Source: Truepera sp. | GTDB taxonomy: Bacteria > Deinococcota > Deinococci > Deinococcales > Trueperaceae | Assembly: GCA_965218435.1 (NCBI GenBank) | Contig: CBDCKW010000009.1 | Coordinates: 1,408,001-1,472,000, forward strand | Reading direction: 5' to 3' | DNA: 64,000 nt | Part shown: positions 50,180 to 60,205 of the stretch, piece by piece | Layout: each line of letters begins with the position of its first letter | Numbering within the stretch: the first letter of the stretch is position 1 | The notes under the pieces: model-generated | What the model was told of the DNA's origin: nothing | The model's database searches: none | Seen by the model: the letters and a program-made list of their open reading frames with translations, nothing else | Position numbers and translations under genes: made by a program

Positions 50180-52697
50180 GTACCACGCCCTGGTTCTCGG
50201 CAACGGAAAGTTTTCTTTTCGATGAGTTTAGGAGGTTGGCGCACTGAAAAACAGGCGCAACGACGAGCGTCTCCTTAACTAAATCTTTTTTTGAACAAAG
50301 CTCGAAAGTAAACGACTCACCCGGTAGCAGCGTTACGAGTTGGTCGCTGACCGTCGCGTCCGGGTCTAACCTGTCAATAAAAATAGCGACGTCGCGGAGC
50401 AAGGTTTTAGCTGTCAGGGTCAAGGTGTAAAGGTCGCCGTCACGTGCCAACTTTGCCTCAACCTGCACGTCGGGATACTGGAGGTTCTTGTCCCGCTCAA
50501 AAAACCACAGCGCCCGCTCTTGACCGACCTGGGCGACGATGAGTTCGGCTCGAGAATCGTCCGGCGTACTTAGGGTAGCGGGAAGCTCGAGCACGCCCTG
50601 GGTCGTCCGCTTAGGAACGTCTATCCTTAGACTCTCCGCAGCTAAGACCTCACCCGCAAAACTCACCCGCCGCAGCGTGACCTCCCCCGTCCACACCTCA
50701 TCGCTGTCGTTACAGGCAAAGAGCACGAGCTTGCCGCCGCGCGGCTGAACGCTCAAGAGTCTATCGGCGTAAAACCGTTTGGTGGCGTACCAAAAGGGCT
50801 TTTTACGCCCGTACCCGTCTACCGCCGCCCAACTCGTCACCGGCCAGCAGTCGTTGAGCTGCCAGTAGAGCGTACCCATACAGGTCGGCTGATGGCTGCG
50901 CCAGTGCGTCACGCCGTATTCAACCGCGCGAGCTTGGTTGAGCTGTGTGGCGTAGAGCCAAGCGTCAAAGTTTTGCGGCTCGGGAAAGTACTCGAGCAAC
51001 CTGTCCAGCAGCTTCTGATTGCCGTCAACCGCCTTTTGGTGATGCAGCATCCCTGGTGAATCGGGTTTTATGGGCCGCTCGCTCAACGACGCGGCCAGAG
51101 TTGCGTAGGTCGCGGGAGCTTGATGCCCGAATTCGGAGACGAAGCGCGGCACGTAAGCGCGGTAAACGTCGTAGTCGAGCGTGTTCCAGGCGTCCCAGAT
51201 GTGTTTGTTGCCGTGGTTGTCGGCCAGCGGGTGAATGTCAAACGAACCCGAGTAGGGGCTACCCGGCCAGTAAGGGCGGGTCGGATCGAGTTCGGCAACG
51301 ATACGGGGCAGCAGCTCCAAGTAGTACCCTTGGCCCCACGTACGCCCCTCGAGTTTTTCTTGCCAGCCCCACGAAAAGTAACCCCAGATGTTCTCGTTGT
51401 TGCCGTCCCACAAGACCAAACTCGGGTGCGAACTCAGCCGCGTGACCTGATAACGCGCTTCGGCCTCGAGCTCGCTCCAAAACGGCTCCTCTTCCGGGTA
51501 GGCGGCGCAAGCGAACAAAAAGTCTTGCCAGACGAGGATACCCAGCTCATCGCAAACCTCAAAGAACGCTTCTTGCTCGTACAAACCGCCGCCCCAGACG
51601 CGGAGCATGTTCATGTTCGCTTCGAGGGCTTGCGTGATGCGTTCGCGGTAACGCGCCTTAGTGATACGCGTGGGAAAGCAGTCGTCGGGAATCCAGTTCG
51701 CGCCCTTGATAAAGATGGGTTTATGGTTGATTTTTACCGTGAAAGCCGAGCCGATAGGGTCTACCGAAGTATCCAACTCGGTTTTGCGAACGCCGATGCG
51801 CTTAGTCCGTCGGTCAAGAGCCGCGTCGCCCTGTGTGAGCGTCAAGGTGAGATCGTAAAGCGGCTGCTCACCGTGGCCGACGGGCCACCAGAGGTCGGGG
51901 TTGTCCAGCTCGAGTTCAAACACCGCCTCGGTCTGTCCCGCAATCACCTCGACTGTCGTCTGCACCCCGGCAAGCTCCGCCGTAAGTTGCGCCGCGCCGG
52001 TACCGGTAGTCCAGTCGAGTTCGGCGTGAAGTTCGACTCGAGCCTTCAATAGGTCGTCGTTGAGATAGACGAGCGGGCGCACCGCCCCGAGCCGCGCCCC
52101 GCTCCAAGCTTCTAGATAGAGCGGCTGCCAGATGCCCGCAGTGGTCAGCGCCGGACCCCAGTCCCAACCGAAGTTACACGCCATCTTGCGGATGAAGTTA
52201 AACGGCGCGTCAGGGTAAGCGTTCGGCAGATCGCCGTGCTCGTCGCGCACGCCCTCAGCGTAGGTTACGGGCGCAGCGAAGGTAATGCTGAGGACGTTCT
52301 CCCCTGCCTTAACCAGCGGTTTGATATCAAACCGGTACGCGCGGTGCATATTTTTGGTTTCCGCGACCACTTGGCCGTTCAGCTTAACGCGGGCCACGGT
52401 GTCCAAACCGAGACAGACCAGCTCGAGCCGGTCGTGATCCAACTGTGCAGCGGTAAGCTCGAGCTGCGTCTCAAAACGCCAGTCGGTACGCCCAATCCAC
52501 TGCAACTCGTTTTCGTTTTGGCCTAAGTAAGGGTCGGGGATAAGACCTTGGGCGAGCAGGTCGGTGTGAACGCACCCCGGTACGGTGGCGGGAATAAGCT
52601 GACCCTTGATGGCTCCCGGTACGTGCCCCAGGTCGCCCACGGCCTGAAGCGTCCACGACTGGTTACTTAGCGACTGGTTAAGCGGGTATTGATTCAT
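50172..52697 (-). CDS. GH2 beta-mannosidase-like enzyme
   Basis: FGWDWGP, KGANWIP, RVWGGG, GNNE, FVSEFG, WQLNDCWP. Confidence 0.92.
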   Translation of the reverse strand: MNQYPLNQSLSNQSWTLQAVGDLGHVPGAIKGQLIPATVPGCVHTDLLAQGLIPDPYLGQNENELQWIGRTDWRFETQLELTAAQLDHDRLELVCLGLDTVARVKLNGQVVAETKNMHRAYRFDIKPLVKAGENVLSITFAAPVTYAEGVRDEHGDLPNAYPDAPFNFIRKMACNFGWDWGPALTTAGIWQPLYLEAWSGARLGAVRPLVYLNDDLLKARVELHAELDWTTGTGAAQLTAELAGVQTTVEVIAGQTEAVFELELDNPDLWWPVGHGEQPLYDLTLTLTQGDAALDRRTKRIGVRKTELDTSVDPIGSAFTVKINHKPIFIKGANWIPDDCFPTRITKARYRERITQALEANMNMLRVWGGGLYEQEAFFEVCDELGILVWQDFLFACAAYPEEEPFWSELEAEARYQVTRLSSHPSLVLWDGNNENIWGYFSWGWQEKLEGRTWGQGYYLELLPRIVAELDPTRPYWPGSPYSGSFDIHPLADNHGNKHIWDAWNTLDYDVYRAYVPRFVSEFGHQAPATYATLAASLSERPIKPDSPGMLHHQKAVDGNQKLLDRLLEYFPEPQNFDAWLYATQLNQARAVEYGVTHWRSHQPTCMGTLYWQLNDCWPVTSWAAVDGYGRKKPFWYATKRFYADRLLSVQPRGGKLVLFACNDSDEVWTGEVTLRRVSFAGEVLAAESLRIDVPKRTTQGVLELPATLSTPDDSRAELIVAQVGQERALWFFERDKNLQYPDVQVEAKLARDGDLYTLTLTAKTLLRDVAIFIDRLDPDATVSDQLVTLLPGESFTFELCSKKDLVKETLVVAPVFQCANLLNSSKRKLSVAENQGVVRG

Positions 52698-52706
52698 AGG
52701 GCTTCC

Positions 52707-54437
52707 TTATTTCGCTAGTTTGAACGCGAGGTCTCGGGCTAGAGGAGGTAACGTGAGCGTCAACCTGCCAGCTGCAACCTGCACCGTCTCTTTGCCCGTC
52801 CAGGTCGCCGTTTGCGGGTCGTAGCTTTGGAGCGTATAACGCCCGTCCGTGAGTCCGCTTAACGTGACACTTTGACCTGAAACAGCTTTGGGTTCGTAGC
52901 GCCAAGCCGCGCCGGGCAAGGTGCCGCCGCGCAGCACCTCGGTATAGGCGTCCGACGCCGCTTGCGCCGTGTACTCGCCCCCGCGTACCCAGAGGAGGGC
53001 TCGAGTCGGTGAGGTCATCGCGCCCGCACAAACGCCTGAACTCTTCTCCGGTTTTACAGCCGTCAGGGTAGCGAGGTCTTCGCCTGCTAAAAAGGTGCTG
53101 ACCCCTTGGTAATGCCCCCATAAGTCAAGCGGCTCGACCAACGTGTCCCACCACCAGTACATCGCAGTCGTCGCGTAGCCGCTCAGCGCCGACGCCCAAA
53201 GTGCGTTGTGCAGGTGAATCCCCTCGCGGTCCGGGCCGTCGGCGTCCTCGCCGCCCGTTCCAAAACCGTATTCGCCGTAAACGACGGGCTTATCTGCCTG
53301 ATCAGCAAATCGTCCGAAACTACTTAGCATCGTCAAGCAAGGGTCCAAAGTGTCGTAGAGGTGAACTTGCAGCAGGTCTACGGCGGGGGAAGTCCACAGG
53401 TCACCGCTCGAGCCGCTCCCGTAGCTGCTGGTGGTGAGGTGATGATACGGGTCTACGGTCTCTAAATAAGCGCCCATCTCCGTTAACCAAGCCTTCAGCG
53501 CGTCCCGTCCAATCGGCGTAAAGTTGACCTCGTTCCACCACTCCCAGGCGAGGATATTGGGGCTGCTGTAGCGGGCGGCAATATAGGCGAGCCGCTGCTT
53601 GAAGTAAGTCTTCGCCTCTTGGTTGGTCGCAAAGCATTCGGGTACGTCACAGGGGCCGCCGTTGGCGGCGTTGTAGGGGTTCTCAGCCCACTCGGGGTTG
53701 GTCGTTTCGCTGAACTGGCCGTGATTGGTAAGCACCAAAATCAGGTAAATCCCGCGGTCCTCGGCCATTTGAACCACTTGGTCGAGCAGCCAAGCGCGGC
53801 CTAAACGGTGGCTGTAGTCGCCCAAACCGGTATCTTGCCACTCGAGCGCAAAGCCCCACGGCGCAAACCAGAACCGCGCCACGTTGCCCCCCGACGCGGC
53901 GAGCGCGTCAAACCAGCGTTCGTAATCGGCCAGGGTCGTCTCGACGGACGTTGCCCAGGCGAGGTTAAGCCCGACGCCGAAAAAAGGGGTGCCGTCGTCA
54001 AACGCGAGGTAGCGCGGGTTGTCAGCAACGCGCAAAAATCCGTGGGTACCGCCCTTTTTGACCTCAAAGCGCAACCCTCGGTCGGTGGTCCAAATCCCGG
54101 CCTCGGTGGGCGTAAAGCGCACGCGGTAGCCGGGTTTACCGACGGCGTTGAGCTGCGGATCAAAGTCCTGAGACCAAAAAGCTTGCACCGAAGTTTTGTG
54201 ACCGGACGGCGCAATAAAGGTTACGGTCGGGGCAACGTCCGTCAGAAAAGGGTTTTTAGGCGTGTTAGAGATTTGGAGGGTCAGCTCGAGCGGTTTATAA
54301 GTCGTTAAGGTGTTGAGATCGGTTATCAAGGTCACGTCCGTAACGCTGGCTGATCCTTTAGGTAGCTGGGCAGACGCTAAACCCACCGAGCCAAACACCA
54401 AAGTCAGCCCATAGGCCAAAATCCAATTTCTTACCAC
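52707..54437 (-). CDS. Secreted DUF5060-like plus clan GH-A (GH5-like) glycoside hydrolase
   Basis: Signal peptide; RVRFTP..GIW; WEWWNEV acid/base and VYGEYG nucleophile candidates. Confidence 0.75.
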   Translation of the reverse strand: MVRNWILAYGLTLVFGSVGLASAQLPKGSASVTDVTLITDLNTLTTYKPLELTLQISNTPKNPFLTDVAPTVTFIAPSGHKTSVQAFWSQDFDPQLNAVGKPGYRVRFTPTEAGIWTTDRGLRFEVKKGGTHGFLRVADNPRYLAFDDGTPFFGVGLNLAWATSVETTLADYERWFDALAASGGNVARFWFAPWGFALEWQDTGLGDYSHRLGRAWLLDQVVQMAEDRGIYLILVLTNHGQFSETTNPEWAENPYNAANGGPCDVPECFATNQEAKTYFKQRLAYIAARYSSPNILAWEWWNEVNFTPIGRDALKAWLTEMGAYLETVDPYHHLTTSSYGSGSSGDLWTSPAVDLLQVHLYDTLDPCLTMLSSFGRFADQADKPVVYGEYGFGTGGEDADGPDREGIHLHNALWASALSGYATTAMYWWWDTLVEPLDLWGHYQGVSTFLAGEDLATLTAVKPEKSSGVCAGAMTSPTRALLWVRGGEYTAQAASDAYTEVLRGGTLPGAAWRYEPKAVSGQSVTLSGLTDGRYTLQSYDPQTATWTGKETVQVAAGRLTLTLPPLARDLAFKLAK

Positions 54438-54442
54438 GTGCT

Positions 54443-55330
54443 CTAGCCCTTCGTCCCGCTCAGCGCGATGCCTTCAACGAACTGTTTTTGGAAGATTAGA
54501 AAAAAGATAACGGTCGGTAATGAGGTCAGGAGCGCCGCTGCCATGAGCACACCGACATTACCGGGGCCGCTCAGCACGCTGTTCAGATTTGAAAGGGCTA
54601 AGGGCAGCGTCAGGTGCGCCTGGTCACGGACGATAATCAGCGGCCAGACGAAGTTATTCCATTCGGAGAGCATCACAAAAATTGCCATCGCGGTCATCGC
54701 CGGACGTACCAGCGGCAAGATGATGCTCCACCAGATACGGAACTCGTTCGCGCCGTCAATTTTGGCCGCGTCGATGAGTTCATCGGGCAAGCCGAGCATG
54801 TACTGCCGTAAAAAAAAGACGGCGAAGGCCCTCGAGAGTCCCGGTACGACGATACCCGCAAAGGTATTGATCCACCCAAACGCTTTCATCGTCAAAAAGT
54901 TGGGGATGATGGTCACTTGCCAAGGGATCATCATCGAGGCGACGATGATAAAAAAGACCACGTTGCGCCCCGGGACCCGCCCTTTGGCCAGCACGTAGCC
55001 CGCTGCCGAGGCCATCAGCAGCGAGACCACCGTGACGATGACCGTGATAAAAACGCTGTTAAAGTACGCCGTACCAAACCCCCAAGGCGCTTCTTGAAAA
55101 CGCTGAAACAACCCCGGAATGTGCTGCGGCGCGTTCGGCGTTGCGTCGTAAAAGTTGTTGAGCGAAGGGGTTTCTACCGTAAAGGTAGGCGGGTTTCGAA
55201 TCAGTTCCGGCACCGGCTTAAAGGCCCCGATCACCATCAGGTAGTAGGGTACGACCATCGAGAGCGCCAGGATAACAAAAGGTAGACGGACGAGGCTGCT
55301 CAGCCACGAAGGTTTATTTTCACCGATCAT
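54443..55330 (-). CDS. Carbohydrate ABC permease (MalG type)
   Basis: LPDELIDAAKIDGA, WNNFVWPL. Confidence 0.93.
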   Translation of the reverse strand: MIGENKPSWLSSLVRLPFVILALSMVVPYYLMVIGAFKPVPELIRNPPTFTVETPSLNNFYDATPNAPQHIPGLFQRFQEAPWGFGTAYFNSVFITVIVTVVSLLMASAAGYVLAKGRVPGRNVVFFIIVASMMIPWQVTIIPNFLTMKAFGWINTFAGIVVPGLSRAFAVFFLRQYMLGLPDELIDAAKIDGANEFRIWWSIILPLVRPAMTAMAIFVMLSEWNNFVWPLIIVRDQAHLTLPLALSNLNSVLSGPGNVGVLMAAALLTSLPTVIFFLIFQKQFVEGIALSGTKG

Positions 55331-55339
55331 CGTGCCCCC

Positions 55340-56296
55340 CTAGTACGCGTCGTTGGCGCGGCCCAACCACAAGTTAATCATGGTGATGACAAAAATCACC
55401 AAAAAGAGCGCCCAGGCGATCGCCGAGGCGTACCCGAGCTGAAAGTAGGTAAACCCTTTTTCGTACAGATACGGCACCACAAACAGAGCTGAGTCGAGGA
55501 CCCCGCCGATGTTGCCGCCGACTGAGCCGAAGATCACGTAAGCTTGCTCGAAGATCTGAAAGCTGCCGATAATCCCCGTAACAACGACAAATAAGATAGT
55601 CGGGCGTAGTAGCGGGAAGGTAATCCGCCAAAACCGCTGCTGCGTGGTCGCGCCGTCAATGGCGGCAGCTTCGTGTAACTCTTTGGGTACGGCGTTAAGG
55701 CCCGCTAAAAAAAGCACCATCGCGTAGCCCATCCCGCCCCACGCACCGATAATAACCAAAACCGGAATAGACCAGCCGGGGTCGGCAAAAAAGGTAATTC
55801 GGCCCAAACCGAAGCGGGTCAAAAGCGCGTTGATCACGCCGAAACTCTGCCCTGAAAAAATCCAGATCCAGATCGTTAAGACCGCCAGCCCCGAGGTGAC
55901 CGAAGGCAAAAACAAAAGGGTTCGCAAAAGATAGTTCAACCAGGTGTTGGCGCGAAAAACCAGCGCCAGCGCCAGCCCTAAAACGTCGGTAATTAAGACC
56001 TGCGCCACCACTAACGTCAGGGTATTTTGCAGCGCCTTAAAAAAGCGGGGGTCACTCAGGAGTTCTTTGAAATTAGCTAGACCGACGAACTCGGGTGCTC
56101 TGAGGCCGCTGTATTCGGTAAAACTCAGGTAAAGAGACTGTCCCAGCGGCCAGATGGTAAAGATCATAAACCCGATTAAAAACGGCGCGGCCAGCAAGTA
56201 GCCTTGGGCAATACGCCTCGCCTTCGCTCCGCGAAAGCGGCCCCCGCCCCGCCGCACGACAACGACGTGCGGCGTCTCCGTGGTTGTGCTCATCAT
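55340..56296 (-). CDS. Carbohydrate ABC permease (MalF type)
   Basis: FVGLANF, EAAAIDGA, GYASAIA. Confidence 0.93.
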   Translation of the reverse strand: MMSTTTETPHVVVVRRGGGRFRGAKARRIAQGYLLAAPFLIGFMIFTIWPLGQSLYLSFTEYSGLRAPEFVGLANFKELLSDPRFFKALQNTLTLVVAQVLITDVLGLALALVFRANTWLNYLLRTLLFLPSVTSGLAVLTIWIWIFSGQSFGVINALLTRFGLGRITFFADPGWSIPVLVIIGAWGGMGYAMVLFLAGLNAVPKELHEAAAIDGATTQQRFWRITFPLLRPTILFVVVTGIIGSFQIFEQAYVIFGSVGGNIGGVLDSALFVVPYLYEKGFTYFQLGYASAIAWALFLVIFVITMINLWLGRANDAY

Positions 56297-56343
56297 AACC
56301 TCGTTTCACCCTAGTGACCCATGTCAATACAACCCGGTAAAGT

Positions 56344-56363
56344 GGGGAGGGCGTACCCTCCCC
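56344..56363 (-). terminator. Stem-loop after the sugar-binding protein gene
   Basis: GGGGAGGG-CGTA-CCCTCCCC. Confidence 0.6.
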
Positions 56364-56372
56364 TTGACGCCG

Positions 56373-57581
56373 CTAGTTAAGGTTTTTGTTCATCTCGTCA
56401 GCAGCAGCGTCGAGCGCCGCTTGCGGGTCAGCGCCGTTTAAGATGACCTCTTGGAGCTGCCGATCTACAAAAGCGTTCGACTCTTCCCAACCGGTGCAGT
56501 TGGGAGGGCCTGCTGCGTCTTTAAGCTGCGAGGTGAGGGCAGCCGTCACTTTTTCGGACAAGCCGCTCTGCTTAGCGTAGGCAACTACCGGCGTAATCCA
56601 GACCTGATTAACCTCAGACGCTTTGCTGAGCATCGCTTTCGCAGCTTCGGGGGTGTAGAGGCTACCGATAAACTCCGCGGCGACGTCTTTATTAGGTGAG
56701 GCTTCCATCACGCCGATCACGCGGCCCCCGATAAACGAGGTGCGTTTCCCGGTCGGCCCGGCCGGAAGCGGCGAAAAGTTGACCTGCTGGTAAAGGTCGG
56801 GGCGGCTGCTCTCTAAACCAAGCACCCAGCTCCCCTGATATCCGGCGACGAACTCGCCACTGGCCAACCCCCCCTCGACGTCAATATCGGCCTCGGGCGA
56901 GGTGTTGTACTCCGTGTAGAGGCTCGCGAAAAACTTGAGCGCCTCGAGTCCCTGGGGGCTGTTAATCGTCGCGGCGCTGCAGTCTTCGTTATAGAGCGTC
57001 CCGCCCGCTTGGTATAAAAACGGGAAGTAGCCGAGCCAGCTGGCGTTACCCCAACCGAAGCCGAGCCCTTTGTTGCCGTCTTTTTGCAGCGCGGCTGAAA
57101 GCTCATCCCAGGTCCCCGGCGTCTGACTGACGTCTTCTTTTTTGAGCAGGTCGGGGCGCGTGATAAAGGTCTGCAGGGTGAGGTCGAAAGGAACGCCGTA
57201 CACTTCACCCGAAGGCGGTACCACCGAGCTGTAAATCCCCGGCTGCGCGAGCTTTTGCACGTTGGCAACGAGGTCGGGGTAGTTGGCTTTGAGGTCAACC
57301 ATCCCGCCCTGCTTACCGAACTCGATGCCCCACGACAACCCGCCGGTAATGATGTCGGGGCCGGAGCCGCTGACCACCGCCGAGAGCACCTTAGCATGAG
57401 CGTCTTGCCACGAGATCGGCTGAATGTTAAAGCTCACGTCGGGGTGACTCTGTTTGAACAGGTCACCGGCGGCGTTTAAGATGGCCGTGTCGGTGTCGCC
57501 CCCGGTATTCCAGATCGTGATGGTTTGAGCGGATACGAGACTAAAACAGAGCAGGGCAAAAAGGATAACTAGCTTTTTCAT
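56373..57581 (-). CDS. Carbohydrate ABC substrate-binding protein
   Basis: Signal peptide, GSGPDI, YGVP; AAGGAG RBS. Confidence 0.9.
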   Translation of the reverse strand: MKKLVILFALLCFSLVSAQTITIWNTGGDTDTAILNAAGDLFKQSHPDVSFNIQPISWQDAHAKVLSAVVSGSGPDIITGGLSWGIEFGKQGGMVDLKANYPDLVANVQKLAQPGIYSSVVPPSGEVYGVPFDLTLQTFITRPDLLKKEDVSQTPGTWDELSAALQKDGNKGLGFGWGNASWLGYFPFLYQAGGTLYNEDCSAATINSPQGLEALKFFASLYTEYNTSPEADIDVEGGLASGEFVAGYQGSWVLGLESSRPDLYQQVNFSPLPAGPTGKRTSFIGGRVIGVMEASPNKDVAAEFIGSLYTPEAAKAMLSKASEVNQVWITPVVAYAKQSGLSEKVTAALTSQLKDAAGPPNCTGWEESNAFVDRQLQEVILNGADPQAALDAAADEMNKNLN

Positions 57582-57637
57582 ATCATCTCCTTAAAGGTGC
57601 GAACGTACGTACTGGACCGACGCGGACTGGATCGTCT

Positions 57638-58861
57638 TCACCTCCTCCCGGGCAGCAAGCTCTGAGCGGGCGGGCTCTGAGCGTTTTTTTCGAGCAGCTT
57701 GGGGTGGGGTACCAGCGAATCGTAAATCGGCAAGATCGCCACCCCCAAAGCGGCCGCGTCTTCACCGGCTTCGGCGTGAACGAGGCGTGGCTCGTAAGCT
57801 TTTTGGGCGATACGCAGTTCCGGCAAAAGCGCCGCGAGCTGCTCGAGCAGATAGTCAATCAGGGGCGCAGGCCACGAGCCCCCAAAAACGATGATTTCAG
57901 GATCAACAAAAAGTTCTCCGGCGACGAGTGCGGGCGCGAGCTGCTCAGCGGCGCACTCGAGCCAGGTCAGCAACACGTCGTTCTGCGCCGAAAAAAGTGG
58001 CTCGAGGTCACTTGGGGCAGTAACGGGATGACCGGCACGCCCCAGCTCTTGATAAAGCGACGGGAGGTCGAAAAAACTCCCTACCCGGTCAACTTTTTTG
58101 TCAGCACGGCGAACCGGCATAAAGCCGAATTCGCCGGTGTTACCTTGAAAGCCGTGAAACGGTTGACCGTTTAGCACAATCCCGCCGCCCAAACCGACGC
58201 CCAAAAAGACGTAGACGAAGCTCGCTACCCCTTGACCGACACCGTAAAACGTTTCGCCGATCGCTGCGGCGGTCGCGTTGTTTTCTAAAAATATCGGCAG
58301 GTCGAGGCGCTGAGCGAGCTCGTCTACGACCGGCACATTCTCCCAACCGGGAAACGAGTTCGGGTTGACGATTTGGTCTATGACACGGCCGTCACTGATG
58401 CGAATAGGCCCCGGCAACCCCACCCCGACGCCCCAAACCCGGCTGCGCTCGAGCTCTTGTTCGGCGATGAGCTGTTCCGTGACTGAGGCCATCAGCGCCA
58501 GCGCCTCGGCCGGTACCGGAAAATCGAGGGCCTGATGAAACCGCCGCTGAACGGCTCCGTTCAAATTGACCAACACGCCGGTTAAATGATCGCGGTCGAG
58601 GTCAAGTCCTACCGCGAAAGCTCCGTCTGCGCGAAACTCGAGCTGCGCCGACGGTGCGCCGCGGCTACCCTGTTTACGGCCCGTTTCTACCACCAAATTT
58701 CTGTGGATCAGCTGAGCCGTGATGTTAGAAATTGTCTGCGGCGTCAGCTCGGTGCGCCGCGCGACCTGAGCACGTGACAGCGGCCCGTAAAGCCGAACGG
58801 TCTCGAGTACAATTCGGGCGTTATAGATTTTGGCGTACTCGAGGTTCGTTCCCTTAAGCAC
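57638..58861 (-). CDS. ROK-family transcriptional regulator
   Basis: N-terminal HTH SRAQVARRTELT; GVGVGLPG, ENNATAAAIGE, GEFG. Confidence 0.92.
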   Translation of the reverse strand: MLKGTNLEYAKIYNARIVLETVRLYGPLSRAQVARRTELTPQTISNITAQLIHRNLVVETGRKQGSRGAPSAQLEFRADGAFAVGLDLDRDHLTGVLVNLNGAVQRRFHQALDFPVPAEALALMASVTEQLIAEQELERSRVWGVGVGLPGPIRISDGRVIDQIVNPNSFPGWENVPVVDELAQRLDLPIFLENNATAAAIGETFYGVGQGVASFVYVFLGVGLGGGIVLNGQPFHGFQGNTGEFGFMPVRRADKKVDRVGSFFDLPSLYQELGRAGHPVTAPSDLEPLFSAQNDVLLTWLECAAEQLAPALVAGELFVDPEIIVFGGSWPAPLIDYLLEQLAALLPELRIAQKAYEPRLVHAEAGEDAAALGVAILPIYDSLVPHPKLLEKNAQSPPAQSLLPGRR

Positions 58862-58910
58862 AGGAGACCTTTCTGCAACCGAGGCGTCACGCTTCTTTAG
58901 AGGTGCCGAT

Positions 58911-58940
58911 ATAGTATTTCAAATTGATAATAGATGTCAA
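58911..58940 (-). promoter_or_regulatory. Promoter of the sugar operon with a possible ROK operator
   Basis: TTGACA-N18-TACTAT; the spacer holds the imperfect palindrome TTATCAATTTGAAA. Confidence 0.6.
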
Positions 58941-59040
58941 GGGTCACTTAAATCATTCCAAAACTTGCAAAGTACTACCGAGAAAGTTCCGGTTCTTTTT
59001 TCTAACTGCCGGGTTAGAAAGATTTAGTTGGTTTTACGAC

Positions 59041-59153
59041 TAGAAGCCATCTCAAAAACCCTTGGCGGGCGGAGCCCGGTGAGGGTTTGACCGAGCTAGG
59101 CGAGTAAGATAGGACGCTCTCACGCTAGAAAGCCATTTTTGAGATAGGTTCTA
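59041..59153. mobile_element. MITE-like element, 113 bp
   Basis: TAGAAGCCATCTCAAAAA / TTTTTGAGATAGGTTCTA inverted repeats (16/18), TA at both ends, non-coding interior. Confidence 0.65.
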
Positions 59154-59407
59154 ACTACACCTTCGAGCTCGAGCCTAGAAAGCACGCATCCTCGGCCGAA
59201 TAGTCAGCTTCGGGAGTCACCGCGCCGAGCACCGGATTGGTCAATGAACATACCTTCGTCCCAGTACCGAGCGTTTAGACGCTCAGCAGGGCAAAAAAAA
59301 TGCCGTGACAGTCTCTCTACAAAACAGCGTGGCTACTTTGCTCTCCGGAATGCCTCGGTATGTTTAGCTTGTATCGGCAGTCTGGCAGGTGAGTAAGTAC
59401 CCACAGA

Positions 59408-60205
59408 TCACTCGGGCTTGCCCAGTCGGATAGGGCTACGTTCTGCGATCCAAGGCGTATACCCGGCCTCGGCAAAGTAAAGACCGTGCGGCGGCACATT
59501 CGGCCCCAGCCGGCGGCGATCTTTGGTGTCTAAAAGAGCCGGTATCGCACTAGGACTCACTTTGCCTTCACCGACCCCGAGGAGCGTCCCGACGAGCGCC
59601 CGCACCATGTTGCGTAAAAACCCGTCGGCGGCGACGTGCAGCGTCAGGTCTGCCTCGTGCGCGGCCAAGCGGCAGAGAAACACCGTACGGACCGTCGGCC
59701 GCGTCTCCTGGGTCGCCAGCGCCGCGAAATCGCGGGTGCCTTCAAAGTGAGGGGCAGCGGTCTGCATCGCCCCTACGTCGAGGCGTTGGGGCAGCAAAAG
59801 GACGCGGTGACGGTCCAAAGCCGAGCCTGCCAGCCCACACGGGCCGTTCAGTAAGCGCAGACGGTACTCGTAGCGGCGGTAACAGCAGCCAAACTGGGCT
59901 TCAAAGTCGGGCGGGGCGTCTTCAGCTCGTAACACGCGCACGTCCCTCGGCAAACGGGCGTTGAGGGCAGCGGCAGTGCGGGCGATAGGAACCTTGTCTT
60001 CGGTCAGGTAGTGCGCGGTCATGGCGAGCGCGTGAACGCCCGCGTCGGTACGACCCGCCGCCATCACCCGCGGCACTGCGCCGGGAACGTCCGAGAGGGC
60101 CGCCTCGAGCACCCCCTGCACCGTCCTCTCCCCTGTTTTGGCCTGCACCTGCCAGCCGTAAAAATCGGTGCCGTCGTACTCGAGCGTCAGTTTAACTTTG
60201 CGCAT
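59408..60205 (-). CDS. truA: tRNA pseudouridine(38-40) synthase
   Basis: YDGTDFYGWQ, AGRTDAGVHA, FLRNMVR. Confidence 0.95.
   Translation of the reverse strand: MRKVKLTLEYDGTDFYGWQVQAKTGERTVQGVLEAALSDVPGAVPRVMAAGRTDAGVHALAMTAHYLTEDKVPIARTAAALNARLPRDVRVLRAEDAPPDFEAQFGCCYRRYEYRLRLLNGPCGLAGSALDRHRVLLLPQRLDVGAMQTAAPHFEGTRDFAALATQETRPTVRTVFLCRLAAHEADLTLHVAADGFLRNMVRALVGTLLGVGEGKVSPSAIPALLDTKDRRRLGPNVPPHGLYFAEAGYTPWIAERSPIRLGKPE

Noticed and set aside
51120..52052. 310-aa plus-strand ORF and similar antisense ORFs in the track
   Set aside because: These are shadow ORFs opposite well-supported genes in GC-rich DNA, with no recognisable motifs.
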